DNA from: Sphaerodactylus townsendi
Taxonomy: Eukaryota
Assembly (NCBI RefSeq): GCF_021028975.2
Contig: NC_059430.1
Coordinates: forward strand, 10,974,001-11,038,000
Reading direction: 5' to 3'
DNA: 64,000 bases
Below, piece after piece: positions 62,503-64,000 of the stretch. The position numbers and the translations under genes were made by a program. The notes below the pieces were generated by a model. It was not told the origin of the DNA and searched no databases. It saw only the letters and a list, made by a program, of their open reading frames with translations. The stretch's first letter is position 1; every line of letters starts with the position of its first letter.

Positions 62503-62732
62503 GTAAACGCTTTGTTCTACACTTTGAAACCCCAGACTTCAAACAAATCCTTCAGTGGCAGCTTGCGTGCTGCAAAATCTCATCTTCTGTGGTGTCATCT
62601 CTGGATAAGGAATGGTGTGGTTGTATTGTGCATTTCAGTCTCTCTTGAATTTCGTAAAGCACTTCAACCTGTTATCTAAAGGGGTTATCAGAAGAGCTAC
62701 GCGAATTGCATTGTAGGCTTCTGTGAGCGAGT

Positions 62733-62972
62733 AGAAGAAGAAGAGTTGGATTTATATCCCTCCTTTCTCTCCTGTAGGAGACTCAAAGGGGCTTACAAAC
62801 TCCTTTCCCTTCCCCCCTCACAACAAACTCTCTGTGAGGTAGGTGGGGCTGAGAGAGCTCCAAAGAGCTGTGACTAGCCCAGGGTCACCCAGCTGGTGTG
62901 TGATGGAGTATACAGGCTAATCTGAATTCCCCAGATAAGCCTCCATAGCTCAGGCGGCAGAGCGGGGAATCA
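62733..62972 (-). mobile_element. Squam3-like SINE, 5'-truncated
   Basis: Same family. Confidence 0.85.
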
Positions 62973-63359
62973 AGTGCAGTCCTGTTCATTTCCACGTTTG
63001 CGTTATAAATGCAGTACATTTCCATGTGTCGTGGCTTATAATTAGGCAATAACATAGCAGGTGGGTGCCATGTTATGATAATGATTACATGCGTTGGGTG
63101 AGTTATGTGTTTTGCAGAGTGCTTTTGGTGGATCAAGAAATGGCATTATCCCACCAGGAAACATCTTGGTATGCCTCTGCAATTAACCAATTTGTAAAAA
63201 ATTAAGTAATTCATTAGACAGTCAATGTTTCATTTTGTCAAACAACCTATAGCTGTGTTGCATCATTTTCAGTGGACTCCTTAAAAGCTTTCTTACCGTC
63301 AAGCTACGCTACTTGCCCACAGTCTCTCTCTGTTTCTCCTTGGGGAGAAATGGGGATTC

Positions 63360-64000
63360 TTCTCTGGCGGAGGAGCTAAATCACTTTTTTGCCCGCTTTG
63401 AAACAGGTCTATCAGAAGGAGATGACACACAGCCACCAGGTGATTGCAGCTCACACCTCACTGTGGAGGAACATGAGGTGAGGTGCTCTTGAGGGCTGTG
63501 AATCCAAGGAAGGCTGCTGGACCGGATGGTATTCCCGGTCGGGTGTTAAAGGAATGCTTAACCAACTGGCTGGTGCAAGCTTTATTTCGATCTTTAATCG
63601 ATCTTTATCCCAGTCCACCATTCCATCTTGCTTGAAAGCTTCCAGCAGTGTGCCACTACCAAAGAGACTTCCTCCTGACAATCTTCAGGATTATAGACCA
63701 GTGGCACTCACCCCCATCATCATGAATTGTTTTGAAAATCTGGTCCATATAGGCATATTAGTTCTTTGCCTTCCAGATACATTTTGGATAAACATCAGTT
63801 CACATATCGGACCAATAGGATCTAATGGAGGACGCCATTGCCATTAGCCTCCACACAGCTTTGACGCATCTCGAACAGCAGGGGAATTATGTGCGAACGT
63901 TCTTTTGGCGGACTTTAGTTCCAGATTTAATACAATCTCACCACAAAGACTGGTGACAAAACTTGTGGATCTTTGGTTCCTCACATTCAATCTGTTTGTG
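63360..64000 (+). mobile_element. Rex1/Babar LINE RT fragment
   Basis: LAEELNHFFARFE, PRKAAGPDGIPGRVLKEC, DYRPVALTPIIM. Confidence 0.85.

Overview
Vertebrate genomic DNA, not prokaryotic. The repeat content (Squam3-like SINEs, CR1, L2, Rex1, RTE, Penelope, hAT and Harbinger MITEs) points to a squamate reptile, probably a gecko; that assignment is inference. Four genes lie in tandem on the minus strand. (1) The 5' part of AGTPBP1/CCP1, with 9 coding exons in 1-22796 and a CpG-island first exon at ~30.0-30.3 kb. (2) PIGM, a single-exon 428-aa CDS at 35740-37026. (3) A CEBPZOS-like 77-aa microprotein in three coding exons at 42832-44067, not recovered as a protein by the ORF track. (4) A complete COMMD9, with 6 coding exons encoding 198 aa at 49746-59630. 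An unidentified plus-strand gene starts head-to-head with COMMD9 (exons 61218-61355 and 62383-62502). The most interesting signal is a perfect GTAAGT splice donor 2 nt after the CEBPZOS stop codon. The next downstream coding exon is the whole PIGM ORF, preceded by splice acceptors. This predicts a bicistronic CEBPZOS-PIGM mRNA, analogous to PYURF-PIGY. A competing PIGM-specific first exon at ~38.5 kb is also visible. Other items are a decayed CG-1/MULE-like domain in that intron, Penelope-borne minimal hammerhead ribozymes, and several nested transposon insertions. There are three assembly gaps. Protein identities come from my recall of the human sequences, not from a database search.
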